Source of the DNA: a virus
IMG/VR virus record: IMGVR_UViG_3300028837_000518
Location: 1 to 64,000 of that record
DNA: 64,000 nucleotides
Strand: one strand, 5' to 3'
The notes under the pieces are model-generated. The model was not told the DNA's origin and did not search any database. It saw only the letters and a program-made list of their open reading frames with translations. The position numbers and the translations under genes were made by a program. Positions 10,547 to 20,818 of this stretch are shown in pieces (position 1 is the first letter of the stretch; each line of letters opens with the position of its first letter).

Positions 10547-11494
10547 TTAGGCTACATAACTATCTTCGGCGTTCTTCATGGTAAACTGACAGTTACCAAC
10601 ATCAGTCGTGTTGTAAAGCGCACGCATAGTGTATGCAAGAGTTAGGTTGGGACCGCTGCGATCAATCTCAGCAGCACCGTCACCAAAGTCCATATTGGTA
10701 GCTGTAAATACCATTTCTTTCTCAGCCGTACCAGAGCCATAGCCCCAAGTCAACCGGAACTGTTCTTGATCCTTATTCAAGTATCTGTTATAGTCGTCAT
10801 TAGAATCAAAGAGCAACGTTACGCGTCCAGTGCACTCAAGCGGACCGGCAACAGCAGTGCCGGGGTCCTGTGTGTCACCATCAACCCAAACTAGGTTAAC
10901 TTCACGACTTAGCGTCAACTCACCTTCAATGATCTTGCCAAAAGCCGCAGTTCCCGAACCCACTATAGCACTAACATGCCAGCCTCGGAACGGAGACGTG
11001 GTTGCCTCAGCGTCAATTGTACCAGCGCCAGGATCAGTCTTGCTTTTACCCACTACTGACGTTGAATATCGTAGCAATCCTTCAGCAGCATTGAAAGTAA
11101 GCGAAAGCTCAGAAACCATACAGCCACCATAACGGTAAGTCTGAATAGCATTCTCGTCTTGGAAAGAAAACGAAGGCGGGTATGAGCCAACGCGAAAAGT
11201 GTGGCTATACGGCGCGGCAGTGCCTGAAACTCCGGCGCTACCCATAATGCCATAAAGTAGGTAACCAAACTCTTCGGGATAGACATTACCCTCAAAAGAA
11301 CCCTCAACATGCGTAACACCCTGATAAGCAGCATAATCAAGGACAGGCGCACCACGCATGTCCTGATCTAGCAACTGCTCATAAGCAACAGTAAAAGAAG
11401 GCGGCGCAACGGGCAATAGAAAAGATGGCGTAACAGTACCACCCCAACTAGACTCTCGCCCAAAACCAATTTTAGTCAGGTACGAAATTGTCAT
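10547..11494 (-). CDS. major tail tube protein
   Basis: 315 aa; N-terminal IGFGRESSWG, YSHTF, YRYGGCMVSELSLTF (phage tail-tube-like). Confidence 0.8.
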   Translation of the reverse strand: MTISYLTKIGFGRESSWGGTVTPSFLLPVAPPSFTVAYEQLLDQDMRGAPVLDYAAYQGVTHVEGSFEGNVYPEEFGYLLYGIMGSAGVSGTAAPYSHTFRVGSYPPSFSFQDENAIQTYRYGGCMVSELSLTFNAAEGLLRYSTSVVGKSKTDPGAGTIDAEATTSPFRGWHVSAIVGSGTAAFGKIIEGELTLSREVNLVWVDGDTQDPGTAVAGPLECTGRVTLLFDSNDDYNRYLNKDQEQFRLTWGYGSGTAEKEMVFTATNMDFGDGAAEIDRSGPNLTLAYTMRALYNTTDVGNCQFTMKNAEDSYVA

Positions 11495-11553
11495 TTCATT
11501 ACCCCTTCTAGGAAACCGCTAAAGAGTAGTTTCCTCATTTCCCCGGTTGTAAT

Positions 11554-11582
11554 ATAATATCATAGTTTGCTAGTGAAGTCAA
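11554..11582 (-). promoter_or_regulatory. sigma70-type promoter for the tail tube gene
   Basis: Reverse strand TTGACT-17 nt-TATTAT with TGn extension, in an intergenic gap. Confidence 0.65.
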
Positions 11583-11592
11583 CTGACCACTG

Positions 11593-12615
11593 TTAACTAG
11601 CGGTTACTTCAAAAATACAGGGGCCAGCATCATCGGCATCATAAAGTGCACGCGCGCTATAAGTAAGACGTATTTCTGTACTTGTTCGTTCTATCTCAAC
11701 GGGACCATCACCGAAGTCCATATTTTTCGCTTGGAAGTATAGGGTATGCACACCCCTTGTCCACGTAACCTCAAACTCTTCTTGAGTTTTATTAAGGTAA
11801 CGATTTAGATCAGAATCACTATCCCAAAGAATAGTGATAAGACAAGTAATGCCTAATAGTCCTGAGTGAATAGTTGATGGTGCATCATAAAGGTTACCGA
11901 ACTGTAACGCTGACTCACGTGTAAGAACTATTTCAACGTCAGTTACTTTATTAAGAGTGGCTGGGTCACCAAACTTTGCTGCTGCTGACCAGCCCAAAAA
12001 TGGACTACCAAGGTCAGGCATTGCCCCCCAACCACCACCACTACCACCGCCACCGGTAGCCGGTCCCCACCGCGCACCATCACTCCACTTAAAGTGGCCT
12101 TCTTCAGCATCCCACTCTTCGACGCTACTAGCCCACTTTATTACGTCAACGGCTATCGCCCCCCAAGTCATATCTTGACCCAAAAGCCCAGCACTCCAAA
12201 CAAGTACGCCGCTCTCAGATGAGTAAGATAACTGGAGTTCATTTACTAAGCAACCACGATACCGCTGAATATCATCGCCCGCGGTAATATCTAAGTCCTG
12301 AACTTGGAAGGATAATGAAGGTACAGAGGTGCTAAGTCCATACCGAGTTCCACCGCCAATAACTTCTGCTGACCCCATAATACCTTGAACAAGAGAGTCA
12401 ATAGATGTTGGATATACCATACCGCCAACTTCTATGGCTGCGTGCTGTGGTCCGGCATAAGACGCAAAATCGAAAGCCGCAATTCCTCTTACGCCTTGAT
12501 CTAGCTCAACACTCTTCTGAATATATAAATTAGCACTAGATACAGGCGTTCTTGCCGATGGTGGATTGAAGATGCCAAAGTCATCTTCTATCTTCCAGCC
12601 CACAATTGACCGCAT
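11593..12615 (-). CDS. tail tube protein paralogue
   Basis: 340 aa; colinear with 10547..11494 (shared NRYLNK.QE.F..TW and NMDFGDG..EI.R...L.Y..RALY). Confidence 0.75.
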   Translation of the reverse strand: MRSIVGWKIEDDFGIFNPPSARTPVSSANLYIQKSVELDQGVRGIAAFDFASYAGPQHAAIEVGGMVYPTSIDSLVQGIMGSAEVIGGGTRYGLSTSVPSLSFQVQDLDITAGDDIQRYRGCLVNELQLSYSSESGVLVWSAGLLGQDMTWGAIAVDVIKWASSVEEWDAEEGHFKWSDGARWGPATGGGGSGGGWGAMPDLGSPFLGWSAAAKFGDPATLNKVTDVEIVLTRESALQFGNLYDAPSTIHSGLLGITCLITILWDSDSDLNRYLNKTQEEFEVTWTRGVHTLYFQAKNMDFGDGPVEIERTSTEIRLTYSARALYDADDAGPCIFEVTAS

Positions 12616-13112
12616 TATGCTAAGTATGTTACGCTATCATGGCGGCGAACAGTTATGCGAATACGGCAGAAGTGACAGGGAATACCAAACCAATCAACAT
12701 CTGCAATACTTTGAGTGTGCGCGGGACCAGCAATGTATCCTTGCTCGACCTGACCAAGTGTTATCTCGGCCATAAACTTAGCGTGAATTCCTTCTATGAT
12801 ATTGTTAAAAGCTATCAGACTATCACGATCTACATAATTATAAAATCCAGTAATCTCAAACGTGTCTTCACGATTATACTCATTCATGGCTAGCGTAGCC
12901 GGACGGTCACCACCACGCGTGTCTCGAATTGCAATCCTTAAGAGAAACCAAATGTTGACACGCTTCTGTGGAACTTGACCTGGTATACTTGTAAGGTACT
13001 CGTCTAGCTGAGCCCTAGTTCTGATATTAGGCTGCCAGTCTAAAACCGTCCCTATACCAGAGACGGCCTCCAATCGTTCCTTAACGTAGTCGCGAATGTC
13101 TTCCCACTCCAT
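12615..13112 (-). CDS. tail terminator / completion protein (putative)
   Basis: 165 aa; position between adaptor and tail tube. Confidence 0.5.
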   Translation of the reverse strand: MEWEDIRDYVKERLEAVSGIGTVLDWQPNIRTRAQLDEYLTSIPGQVPQKRVNIWFLLRIAIRDTRGGDRPATLAMNEYNREDTFEITGFYNYVDRDSLIAFNNIIEGIHAKFMAEITLGQVEQGYIAGPAHTQSIADVDWFGIPCHFCRIRITVRRHDSVTYLA

Positions 13113-13114
13113 AT

Positions 13115-13807
13115 TTACATATCCCGAAAAATAGCATTATAACGTGTTACTGTTGACCTAACAGCGGCAGCGGGTACAGAACTCTTAGCATCAATACCCA
13201 TCAGCATTTTAAAGTTGAGAAGGAAATGCCGAGAGATACCACGCCACTCATCACTCTTTGCGCGGTAGTTAACCATGTTAGCTTCATAGGTAGACTTACG
13301 AGTTCCACCATAGAGACTAGCAAGTTCTGATGCTAACATAGATGCGGCCAGTTGACAAATAGCCTCGAAATCAGCAGAAGGTACAGTGTCAGTTGTATTA
13401 TCTACGGTATGCGGAGCCGTGTAGGACATACGTGCTGTATATCCAGTAGCGGGAGTTTGCAAGAGTCTTAGTTGAAAGTTGCCAGCAGTACCACCATAGA
13501 GCATAAATAAGTTAGTGTCTAAATACGTAGGCGTTTGTTCACCTTGCGGATACTCTACTCCTTCAACAATTGACCAATCATATATGAATGTACTTGGAAG
13601 GTCAAAGGAGTACGTAGCACTATCACCAGCATAGTCATATGCAAGGTGTCGCGGCTTTAGACGAGAGTAGGTACGCACTGCCGCTATCACAGCAGAACGA
13701 GTTGCAGAAGTGTCATCTAACTCATCTTCTGCATTTGGTATAAGTGAACGAAGTCTATCTTGATACTCATTGATAGTTGACATAGTAAAAGCCTTGCAGG
13801 GGCGCAA
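13115..13807 (-). CDS. head-tail adaptor (putative)
   Basis: Position after capsid genes; likely start ATG at 13783. Confidence 0.55.
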   Translation of the reverse strand: MRPCKAFTMSTINEYQDRLRSLIPNAEDELDDTSATRSAVIAAVRTYSRLKPRHLAYDYAGDSATYSFDLPSTFIYDWSIVEGVEYPQGEQTPTYLDTNLFMLYGGTAGNFQLRLLQTPATGYTARMSYTAPHTVDNTTDTVPSADFEAICQLAASMLASELASLYGGTRKSTYEANMVNYRAKSDEWRGISRHFLLNFKMLMGIDAKSSVPAAAVRSTVTRYNAIFRDM

Positions 13808-13842
13808 GTTAAGTTATTAACCAACGCCCCTAACGGTTATTT

Positions 13843-14253
13843 CTAACGGCCTTCATACTCAACACGAACGCGGATCGAACCAACATTCACCCCATTACCA
13901 ACTTTCTCACGCTCCAGGCTAAGCTTCTGCCCTATAGCTAGTGCAGTACCAGCTGTTACGGCATAGAGAGAAAGCGGAGCCCACGCTGCCTGATCAGTGC
14001 CAGCGCCGTAATCCTTGTTAGCAAGTTCTGTGCTACTGCCACCGGCTGTGCCACGGTCAACTACGTTATAGTTGACAGTGTGTGATGCATCGCCGGCATG
14101 AGCCGAACCAAAGGTCAGTTCAACTGCACGAAGCTGACACCTAAACGGAGCTTCAAAGATCGGGTAAAGCGTAGAGGCGGTTGCTGAACCAACAGGGTCA
14201 AGAGTAGTTGAATCCCAGTTACGTCCCGGAACATCACGCCTTGACATAGGCAT
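13843..14253 (-). CDS. capsid decoration / minor capsid protein (putative)
   Basis: 136 aa directly after the capsid gene, with RBS. Confidence 0.5.
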   Translation of the reverse strand: MPMSRRDVPGRNWDSTTLDPVGSATASTLYPIFEAPFRCQLRAVELTFGSAHAGDASHTVNYNVVDRGTAGGSSTELANKDYGAGTDQAAWAPLSLYAVTAGTALAIGQKLSLEREKVGNGVNVGSIRVRVEYEGR

Positions 14254-14271
14254 TTTAATTTCTCCCCTTTA

Positions 14272-16428
14272 TCAGTCTGCCACTATCCCGCCGTACATGC
14301 CGCGATGGTCAATAATCGCGCCGCCAAAGACGAAGCGAATCTTCATCACAACCTTATCAGCTGAGAAGTGAGAACCAGTATTCGGAGCCTCAATAAACAA
14401 TTCGGGCTCGCGCTTACCACCCAGGAATCCGAGTTCAATAGTCGGCACCAGGCTTGGGTCAGCAATAACATACCAGTTAGTAGGGTCGGTCCAGTAGTCT
14501 ACGATGATAACGTCAAAGGTCTGATAGTGCGGGTTAGCGCGACGCGTATCTGTAATATCATCGTACTCAGAGTTGCGCAGTCGAAGAGCCTCGGACTCAA
14601 GCTCATTAGGAATGAGTACGAACTTGGGTCGAACAGCCATCGTGGTAATTGAGGAACCAAGCGCAGTCTGCGACCTCATAGTATACTTTGCGACAGACAG
14701 CGGATCAGTTGCAAACGCTGTAGTTGCTGTATTACTATGGTTGGCATGGAACAATGCAGTTGTATCGTAAGTGCACTCGCTATTATCCTTGATGAAGTCA
14801 AAGACAAACTGATACAGAGTAATCTTGGCAGCCAAAGCAAGCCTCTTAGGAATAGCTCGCAACGCCCCAAGGTTATCATTCAATGCATCTTCCCAAGTCC
14901 ACTCATCAAGCATACCTCTCTTTGACGGCGTGAATTGGGGTTCCTCTTCTGTCGGCGAAGTAGTGAACTGATAAGGTCCACCAGCTGCGACAGTAGGAAG
15001 TGCACCGTAGTAACCGATTCTCTCAGTCCTCTGTGCCTTCATATCACTCAGAGGGCGAATACTCGAAACAATCTGCTCCCACTCATTAAAGACGGGAAGC
15101 TGATAGTCCTTTACTAGAATTCGGTTCATAGTTGCACCAAGTACAGTACTCCATGAGATTGCCTCACGAAGTGGACTCAGGCCAGGGTCATAGCCAAACG
15201 ACTCACGGATGATACCATCTGCCAGTGCGCGACGGCTCGTTGCCATTGGGTCAAAGCCATTAAACATACAGTAGGCTCGCTGAATTGAGCCAAGCGGTGC
15301 CTGACCTTCGTATTCCTCGTCAAGAACCGTTGCGGTTAGAACATCAGAGAATTTATCTTTCTCATCCACCACGACTCTAACGGGATTCTTGGGCATTGTA
15401 TCCAAGATAGCTGCGTAGACGGTCTGCTCCTCAACAATCATCTCGTCTAGTTCAGTTGCCTCAAATACTCGCCCGCTAAACCGAGTAACCAATCGATCCT
15501 TGATAACTTTGGGAAGAGCAGTAGCGTCAATCTTATCCTTGGCAAGTATTGTGCACTTACCAATCTCTACGCTCTCCTTCAGGCTATCAATTTCATCACG
15601 CATTGCCACAAGAGCCTTATCCGGCTCCCTGGTTACTACAGGCTCAGTTACTACCACTGTGGGTGCCACAACAACAGGTGTCGGTATAGACTCAACAACA
15701 GGCTCAGCCGCAACGGGTTCGTCATTCGTTACTTCATCATCTGTGTCATCTACGTCCGGCACTACTACATCCTTGGCATCCCAAAGTGCCTTGAGGTCCG
15801 GCCTGGCCTCAAGAATTTCCTCCAAAGTGAGTTCCTCAAGCATGGCGATTTCACCCTCCCTTCGTAGGCTAGCCATAAGCTCTACAACTCTGCCGCCAGC
15901 AGCTCCAAAAGTAACCAAATCAACACTACGTATTGCCTTGATTACCTCTACATCCCAGTATGATTCACTACCCTCTCCTACAAATTTCTGATCACCACCA
16001 CCAAAGATGGATAATTGGGCAAAGTCGGATTTGTTACGCTCGTATGTTTCTTGCACAACCGGGGTTATAGGACTCGACTTTAGCAAGTGCAACATACCAA
16101 CGACAGCACCAGTACTTCCTACACTAACATCCCAAACAGGATCAGTAATCCACCCAGCAGCGTCTCGGAGCGAACGCTCGGGCCGCTCATGTTCTTGTCG
16201 AACTGTAGGGTGGTCAATGAATACTTTTGCGCCCTCAAATAACGGAATGCTGGCTTGCAGTACTTCAGGTTTGTACATCCGCTTATTCAAGGAAAGACCA
16301 GCCTCGATAAGAACAGCCTTCCACATGAGGCCTTCAGAACCTTCAACAGCCTCAACAAGTCGTCCCGACTCAATGAAAAGCGATTCTCTCACGCTAGGAG
16401 TAGGTAACACTTTTCCCTCAGTTACCAT
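14272..16428 (-). CDS. prohead protease-scaffold-major capsid protein fusion (Mu gpT-like capsid)
   Basis: N-terminal protease-like motifs (GLSLNKRMY, FIDHP, SVDLVTFGAAGG), acidic Pro/Val linker, C-terminal ALFHANHSN...ELGFLGG..EPEL...KIRFVFGG.IIDHRG. Confidence 0.85.
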   Translation of the reverse strand: MVTEGKVLPTPSVRESLFIESGRLVEAVEGSEGLMWKAVLIEAGLSLNKRMYKPEVLQASIPLFEGAKVFIDHPTVRQEHERPERSLRDAAGWITDPVWDVSVGSTGAVVGMLHLLKSSPITPVVQETYERNKSDFAQLSIFGGGDQKFVGEGSESYWDVEVIKAIRSVDLVTFGAAGGRVVELMASLRREGEIAMLEELTLEEILEARPDLKALWDAKDVVVPDVDDTDDEVTNDEPVAAEPVVESIPTPVVVAPTVVVTEPVVTREPDKALVAMRDEIDSLKESVEIGKCTILAKDKIDATALPKVIKDRLVTRFSGRVFEATELDEMIVEEQTVYAAILDTMPKNPVRVVVDEKDKFSDVLTATVLDEEYEGQAPLGSIQRAYCMFNGFDPMATSRRALADGIIRESFGYDPGLSPLREAISWSTVLGATMNRILVKDYQLPVFNEWEQIVSSIRPLSDMKAQRTERIGYYGALPTVAAGGPYQFTTSPTEEEPQFTPSKRGMLDEWTWEDALNDNLGALRAIPKRLALAAKITLYQFVFDFIKDNSECTYDTTALFHANHSNTATTAFATDPLSVAKYTMRSQTALGSSITTMAVRPKFVLIPNELESEALRLRNSEYDDITDTRRANPHYQTFDVIIVDYWTDPTNWYVIADPSLVPTIELGFLGGKREPELFIEAPNTGSHFSADKVVMKIRFVFGGAIIDHRGMYGGIVAD

Positions 16429-16448
16429 ATAACACCTCCTCGAAGTAG

Positions 16449-16476
16449 ATTATATACATAATGTCTGTGTTGTCAA
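16449..16476 (-). promoter_or_regulatory. sigma70-type promoter for the capsid gene
   Basis: Reverse strand TTGACA-16 nt-TATAAT followed by RBS GAGGAGG. Confidence 0.75.
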
Positions 16477-16481
16477 GTTTA

Positions 16482-17600
16482 CTATTTGAGCGTCTGAACA
16501 GTAAAGACTTGCTTTTTTACATCTTGGTTTGGCAAACTAAAGTTAGATATGATAAGTTCATTCCGTAGACTCGTTCTTTGGCCACGCTTATAGTTTACTA
16601 ACAGCGTGATGTGATAAGACAAGAATGCTGCCCGTACTTCTGGTGTATCTAAAGTTGTAAGTATAAATCTCGCCTTAAGACTATCTAAAACATTTAACAA
16701 TTCGCCAATACGAATAGTCATGGACTTATGTGAAATACTGGCACTAGGAAAGGCTGGGTCGCAGTAAAAGAAAGTTGTGTCAGAATCGTTAGAGAGAAGA
16801 CAACTATAGGCATCATCACGCGTAATAGTAACAGTTTGCAAGCGGTCGCGTGCATGTTCCAAGCGCGCGATGCGTGATTCTATATTAAAGTTTACTGGTT
16901 CCCTGTAAGATAAACCAAGGCCACCCCAAGAAAACCAGTTGATATAGAGATAACGATATAGGCGATCTATACTTTTCTGCGGCCTCCACAACCGTAGGCG
17001 CTGAAGTCTAAACTTTGAGCCACCCCAGGATTGCCGTCGAAGAATATCTATGTTGCTCGGCGTAAGTTTCTTAATGGCGCGAAACATATGAATGAGGTCT
17101 GGATCGAGATCATTTATAATTTCAACATCAGACACAGGCTTTGCAAACAGAACTGCTGCGGCACCACACCATGGTTCGCAATAAGTAGTATGTGTGGGAA
17201 TTTGTTGTACTATAAAAGGGGCGATGCGATAACGACCTTGTGGGTGCCCAATAGGTGGCAGTCGAATAGCTTGTGATTGATAAAGTGCTTTAGTAAGCCT
17301 GCTAATCCAAGCATCCCTATCTAGGCCAGGCAGTAATGGACACGAACTTGATTCATCGCTAGCTAGCAGTATTATTGCTGCTAAGTGCTCTATGGCAGTA
17401 TCGAAGTTTACGAAAGCCTCGCGTGATTTATTCACGACACTCTTGGCTATACGAATGGCGCGACCATCACAAATCTTCTCGGCAACACCAGAATTTACGC
17501 AACGTTTACGCACGTCATTCGCAGTGCGTACAAAGAGTTCCTTTTCTTTCTTGCTTAAACCTTTATAGAATCTCTCCACATCTGACTGAGTCCAAGGCAT
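16482..17600 (-). CDS. small N-terminal helical domain fused to a Dam/D12-class DNA adenine methyltransferase-like domain
   Basis: EPWCGAAAV, EIINDLD and FFYCDPAF (normally DPPY), C-terminal ELIISNF; N-terminal MPWT...AN...RAIRIA domain. Confidence 0.75.
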   Translation of the reverse strand: MPWTQSDVERFYKGLSKKEKELFVRTANDVRKRCVNSGVAEKICDGRAIRIAKSVVNKSREAFVNFDTAIEHLAAIILLASDESSSCPLLPGLDRDAWISRLTKALYQSQAIRLPPIGHPQGRYRIAPFIVQQIPTHTTYCEPWCGAAAVLFAKPVSDVEIINDLDPDLIHMFRAIKKLTPSNIDILRRQSWGGSKFRLQRLRLWRPQKSIDRLYRYLYINWFSWGGLGLSYREPVNFNIESRIARLEHARDRLQTVTITRDDAYSCLLSNDSDTTFFYCDPAFPSASISHKSMTIRIGELLNVLDSLKARFILTTLDTPEVRAAFLSYHITLLVNYKRGQRTSLRNELIISNFSLPNQDVKKQVFTVQTLK

Positions 17601-18871
17601 TATGAATCCTCGTTATTAAACAAGGGTTCAGTGATAAAGTTAAGGTGATGGAGAATGTCTGTATAGATTTTGGCAGCTTGGCTTTGATCCAGCCAGCCTT
17701 TTTCTTGCGCGTGTACTAAAGACTCTGTAATGCGAACTATTGCACCAGCAGAACGCTGAATATCACGAACGCCCAAACGCGGAGCCAAGCAGTAAATTTT
17801 ATACTCACCCGGCCTAAGCACGCCTTTTACAATAGCCTCTTGTATAGCATATCTTCCCATAAATAGGAAAATATCTTTAATCTCTTCTTGGCGAACGATA
17901 AGGCCACGGACGGTGGGATTGAGCATTTCACCAGATTCAGGCTGGTCGGGTGATATGTTCAAGAGTCCTGCTGTGCTTGTAATAAACTCTTCAGCTAGTT
18001 TAGCATCACGCGAAAGTCCAATGCCAATACTTCGCGGCTGCACCATATTCCACTCGACGCCCTCATTATGCGCCTGAATAGTGCCGGGACCCGGTACATT
18101 ATCTCTTTGTTCCTTAAGCCATAACTTTATATCTTCAGCGGTTTTCCCACGTAACATAACATCAAACCAGACGCCACTAAACTGAGCATCGCGTTCAATC
18201 TTATTGTATAGGAAAGTCTCCCAAACATTTATCCAGTCAAGAAGCGCGAGAAGAACTGGGTAGCCGCGTACATGACCACCAAGGCGGTCAGTACGAAAGA
18301 AAAAACAGTCGCCATCATAACGTCCTAGACCATTTCGCCAGCGAATAACATTATAGGTTGACTCAGATTTTAGAACGATGTTGGCAGCCTCGCCCGGCTC
18401 ACCATCTACTTCCGTAACAGACTCAATTTGAGTACTAGGGATAAAGTTTAGACCGACGAAACCAGATATGTCATTAACTTTGGCGAGTAGAGCCAGTTCG
18501 CCATAGACGTATAACTCTTGAATATAACGCCAGGTATTTTTTGCTAGGTCATTGACAGGCGAATTCCAAAACGTATTTAGAACTTTATTTGCTTCTGCAT
18601 CGGGTGAGTGGAGGGTAAAGCCTGTTCCCACAACAAAGTCTATCATCCAGCGAGTAAGGCGCTTGGCAAGAGGAGAAGCTAGGTAAAATGATTCAATACC
18701 TCTAATGGCTTCATCACGGCGCGTGGTATCTAGGTCAATGGAGCCTTGCTTAAACTTACGATACTTCCAATCATCAGAATCAAGTGTAGCGGGAGTATCT
18801 AAAAGACTAGCGCCCTCTAAGAATGTTGCGCTTTGTGGTTGTATCCTGTATTTAGTATCTAGTACTGGCAT
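17600..18871 (-). CDS. portal protein
   Basis: 423 aa between terminase and capsid; DFVVGTG, LYVYGE, RGYPVL, HNEGVEW. Confidence 0.8.
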   Translation of the reverse strand: MPVLDTKYRIQPQSATFLEGASLLDTPATLDSDDWKYRKFKQGSIDLDTTRRDEAIRGIESFYLASPLAKRLTRWMIDFVVGTGFTLHSPDAEANKVLNTFWNSPVNDLAKNTWRYIQELYVYGELALLAKVNDISGFVGLNFIPSTQIESVTEVDGEPGEAANIVLKSESTYNVIRWRNGLGRYDGDCFFFRTDRLGGHVRGYPVLLALLDWINVWETFLYNKIERDAQFSGVWFDVMLRGKTAEDIKLWLKEQRDNVPGPGTIQAHNEGVEWNMVQPRSIGIGLSRDAKLAEEFITSTAGLLNISPDQPESGEMLNPTVRGLIVRQEEIKDIFLFMGRYAIQEAIVKGVLRPGEYKIYCLAPRLGVRDIQRSAGAIVRITESLVHAQEKGWLDQSQAAKIYTDILHHLNFITEPLFNNEDS

Positions 18872-18880
18872 AATTTACTC

Positions 18881-19312
18881 CTATCGCGCATAGAAATCAT
18901 AAGCTATTTCTCTAGCTATTCCAGTAACTTGCTGTACTGTTATTCGCGTACCGGCAGGTACAAGCCTCTCGGTAATAACATATGCTGGGATTCTCTGCGC
19001 ATGTTCTATAACCCAGTGTTCAACTACCTGCTCTTTTCCTACTACTGGACTATAAAGTTTAATGTCTAACTGGTCACCATTACCCAAGTACGACAAGTCC
19101 ATTATTCCCCAAATGTAAGATGTACGACGAGTTGTAAAGATTTCATACTCGATCTTCAACTTCATTGGTAGAGTTTCGGAGCGGGCCTGCGTATACTTAT
19201 TGGCTCGACTTAACTTGCGGTTCAGGCTGGGCCAAATCGTTTCTAGTATTACCTTTTTAACTTCAGGAACTTGTAATAGATTCACTAACGTTTTGACAGC
19301 AAACTTTTGCAT
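18881..19312 (-). CDS. hypothetical protein
   Basis: 143 aa with RBS, between terL and portal. Confidence 0.6.
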   Translation of the reverse strand: MQKFAVKTLVNLLQVPEVKKVILETIWPSLNRKLSRANKYTQARSETLPMKLKIEYEIFTTRRTSYIWGIMDLSYLGNGDQLDIKLYSPVVGKEQVVEHWVIEHAQRIPAYVITERLVPAGTRITVQQVTGIAREIAYDFYAR

Positions 19313-19324
19313 ACTTTCCTTTTC

Positions 19325-20818
19325 CTAGTGGAATAAACCAAATGAGTGACGAAGCTTAGATTGCATTCCCAACCGCCGTCGGTATCTCTCGCCTTCAGTC
19401 TCGCGCGTTACAGTTGGAATTGAAACTACACTTGCGGGAATCACGCCAATGTTTAGAGCCGTACTAACACCAAGTTCAGTTGCGTCGAGAATATCGGCGT
19501 CAGGACTTGGGAAACTAATCCACTGCTTAACGAACTCTGTTACTTTAGGATGTGGCTTAATACTCTCGCCTTGGACAACACCCGGTAAAAGTATTTTCTG
19601 CGACTTAAATAATGAAGCCATACTAGCAAAGCGGATACTTTTGGGCAGCTGCGTTTGTATGCCACGAATTGGTAGCGCTACATCCTTTAGTATATCATCC
19701 ATGATGTATTGTTGTGCTGAGTTAGTCTCTATCCCAATCAGAACTGGTTTCCATAATTTTGCAGCTGCTACTATATGATACTTATGGTCAGTTGTAGATG
19801 CCTGTATTTGCTGAACATCCAAAATATAACCAGTATTATTAACGTCGAAACCAATGACAGATATAGCAAGGTAGTTCGTACCATGTTTATCGCGCGCGCA
19901 AGGGTCAACGCCAATGTAGACACGTAGGTTTGACGGCGGTTCAAGGTAATAGAAAAGCCAATCCTCCTTAAGGAAGTTTCGTGTAAAGTCCACGGGAGTC
20001 TGAAGGTACTGGCCAACATAAGAGAAGTAGTCCTCTTCTTCAGCACGCGCAATATCCTCTGATGTAAACCGCTCGGGCCAAAGAGGTTCCTCGGGCGTAG
20101 CAACCATCTCGATGGTTTTTGATGAACTTAAGTCCTTAATAGCACCATAGAGGTCTTGCTTGTAAAACCGCGCACCAAATATACGAATTCTTCCACCGGG
20201 GTCTAGGCGCTTATCTAGGGACGAGAAGTACCAGTGGTGAACGTGGCCGCGCATGACTTGTGTTAAGCTATTAGCATAAGAAACTAAGTCATCCCCAATG
20301 ATTAGGTCGCAACGATAGCCGATAGTGCTTGAGCCAACGCTAAGAGCAAGTAGGCTGGGGTCCTTAAGGCGATAATCCGAACGCAGTATGGTTTTCTGCT
20401 TCTGTGTCCAAGTCGAAGCAAGGGAGCGTTGTGGAATGAGATTACCAAATATACGTTTCGACTCTGGGTGTGCCAGTAGCGTAGTGATAAAGTTAAGAAT
20501 ACGCTCGGAATAGGTCTCGGTATGTGTAGCTATGATGACACGGGTATTAGGATTATTTCCTAAAGTCCAAGCCGCGAACGCCGAGAGAAGAACGGTCTTT
20601 CCGTGTCCCGGCGGAAGCAAAAAAACAGCTGTTCTTACACTGTTATCGCATAGCGTTTCTACTAGCGGGTGAAGGTGATGAGGAAATTCCCATTCAAGAA
20701 CGGCACGATAGTAGAGTGTAAAGTCATCACGCTCTGGAATTGGCTTGTCCGGCTTCATACGTGCTGTAAAAGTTTGAACAAGCTGCGAGACCATAGAATC
20801 AGGATTAACGTAGTCCAT
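19325..20818 (-). CDS. terL: terminase large subunit
   Basis: Walker A LPPGHGKT, Walker B IIGDD, QYLQTP, nuclease GVDP and DILDA. Confidence 0.92.
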   Translation of the reverse strand: MDYVNPDSMVSQLVQTFTARMKPDKPIPERDDFTLYYRAVLEWEFPHHLHPLVETLCDNSVRTAVFLLPPGHGKTVLLSAFAAWTLGNNPNTRVIIATHTETYSERILNFITTLLAHPESKRIFGNLIPQRSLASTWTQKQKTILRSDYRLKDPSLLALSVGSSTIGYRCDLIIGDDLVSYANSLTQVMRGHVHHWYFSSLDKRLDPGGRIRIFGARFYKQDLYGAIKDLSSSKTIEMVATPEEPLWPERFTSEDIARAEEEDYFSYVGQYLQTPVDFTRNFLKEDWLFYYLEPPSNLRVYIGVDPCARDKHGTNYLAISVIGFDVNNTGYILDVQQIQASTTDHKYHIVAAAKLWKPVLIGIETNSAQQYIMDDILKDVALPIRGIQTQLPKSIRFASMASLFKSQKILLPGVVQGESIKPHPKVTEFVKQWISFPSPDADILDATELGVSTALNIGVIPASVVSIPTVTRETEGERYRRRLGMQSKLRHSFGLFH

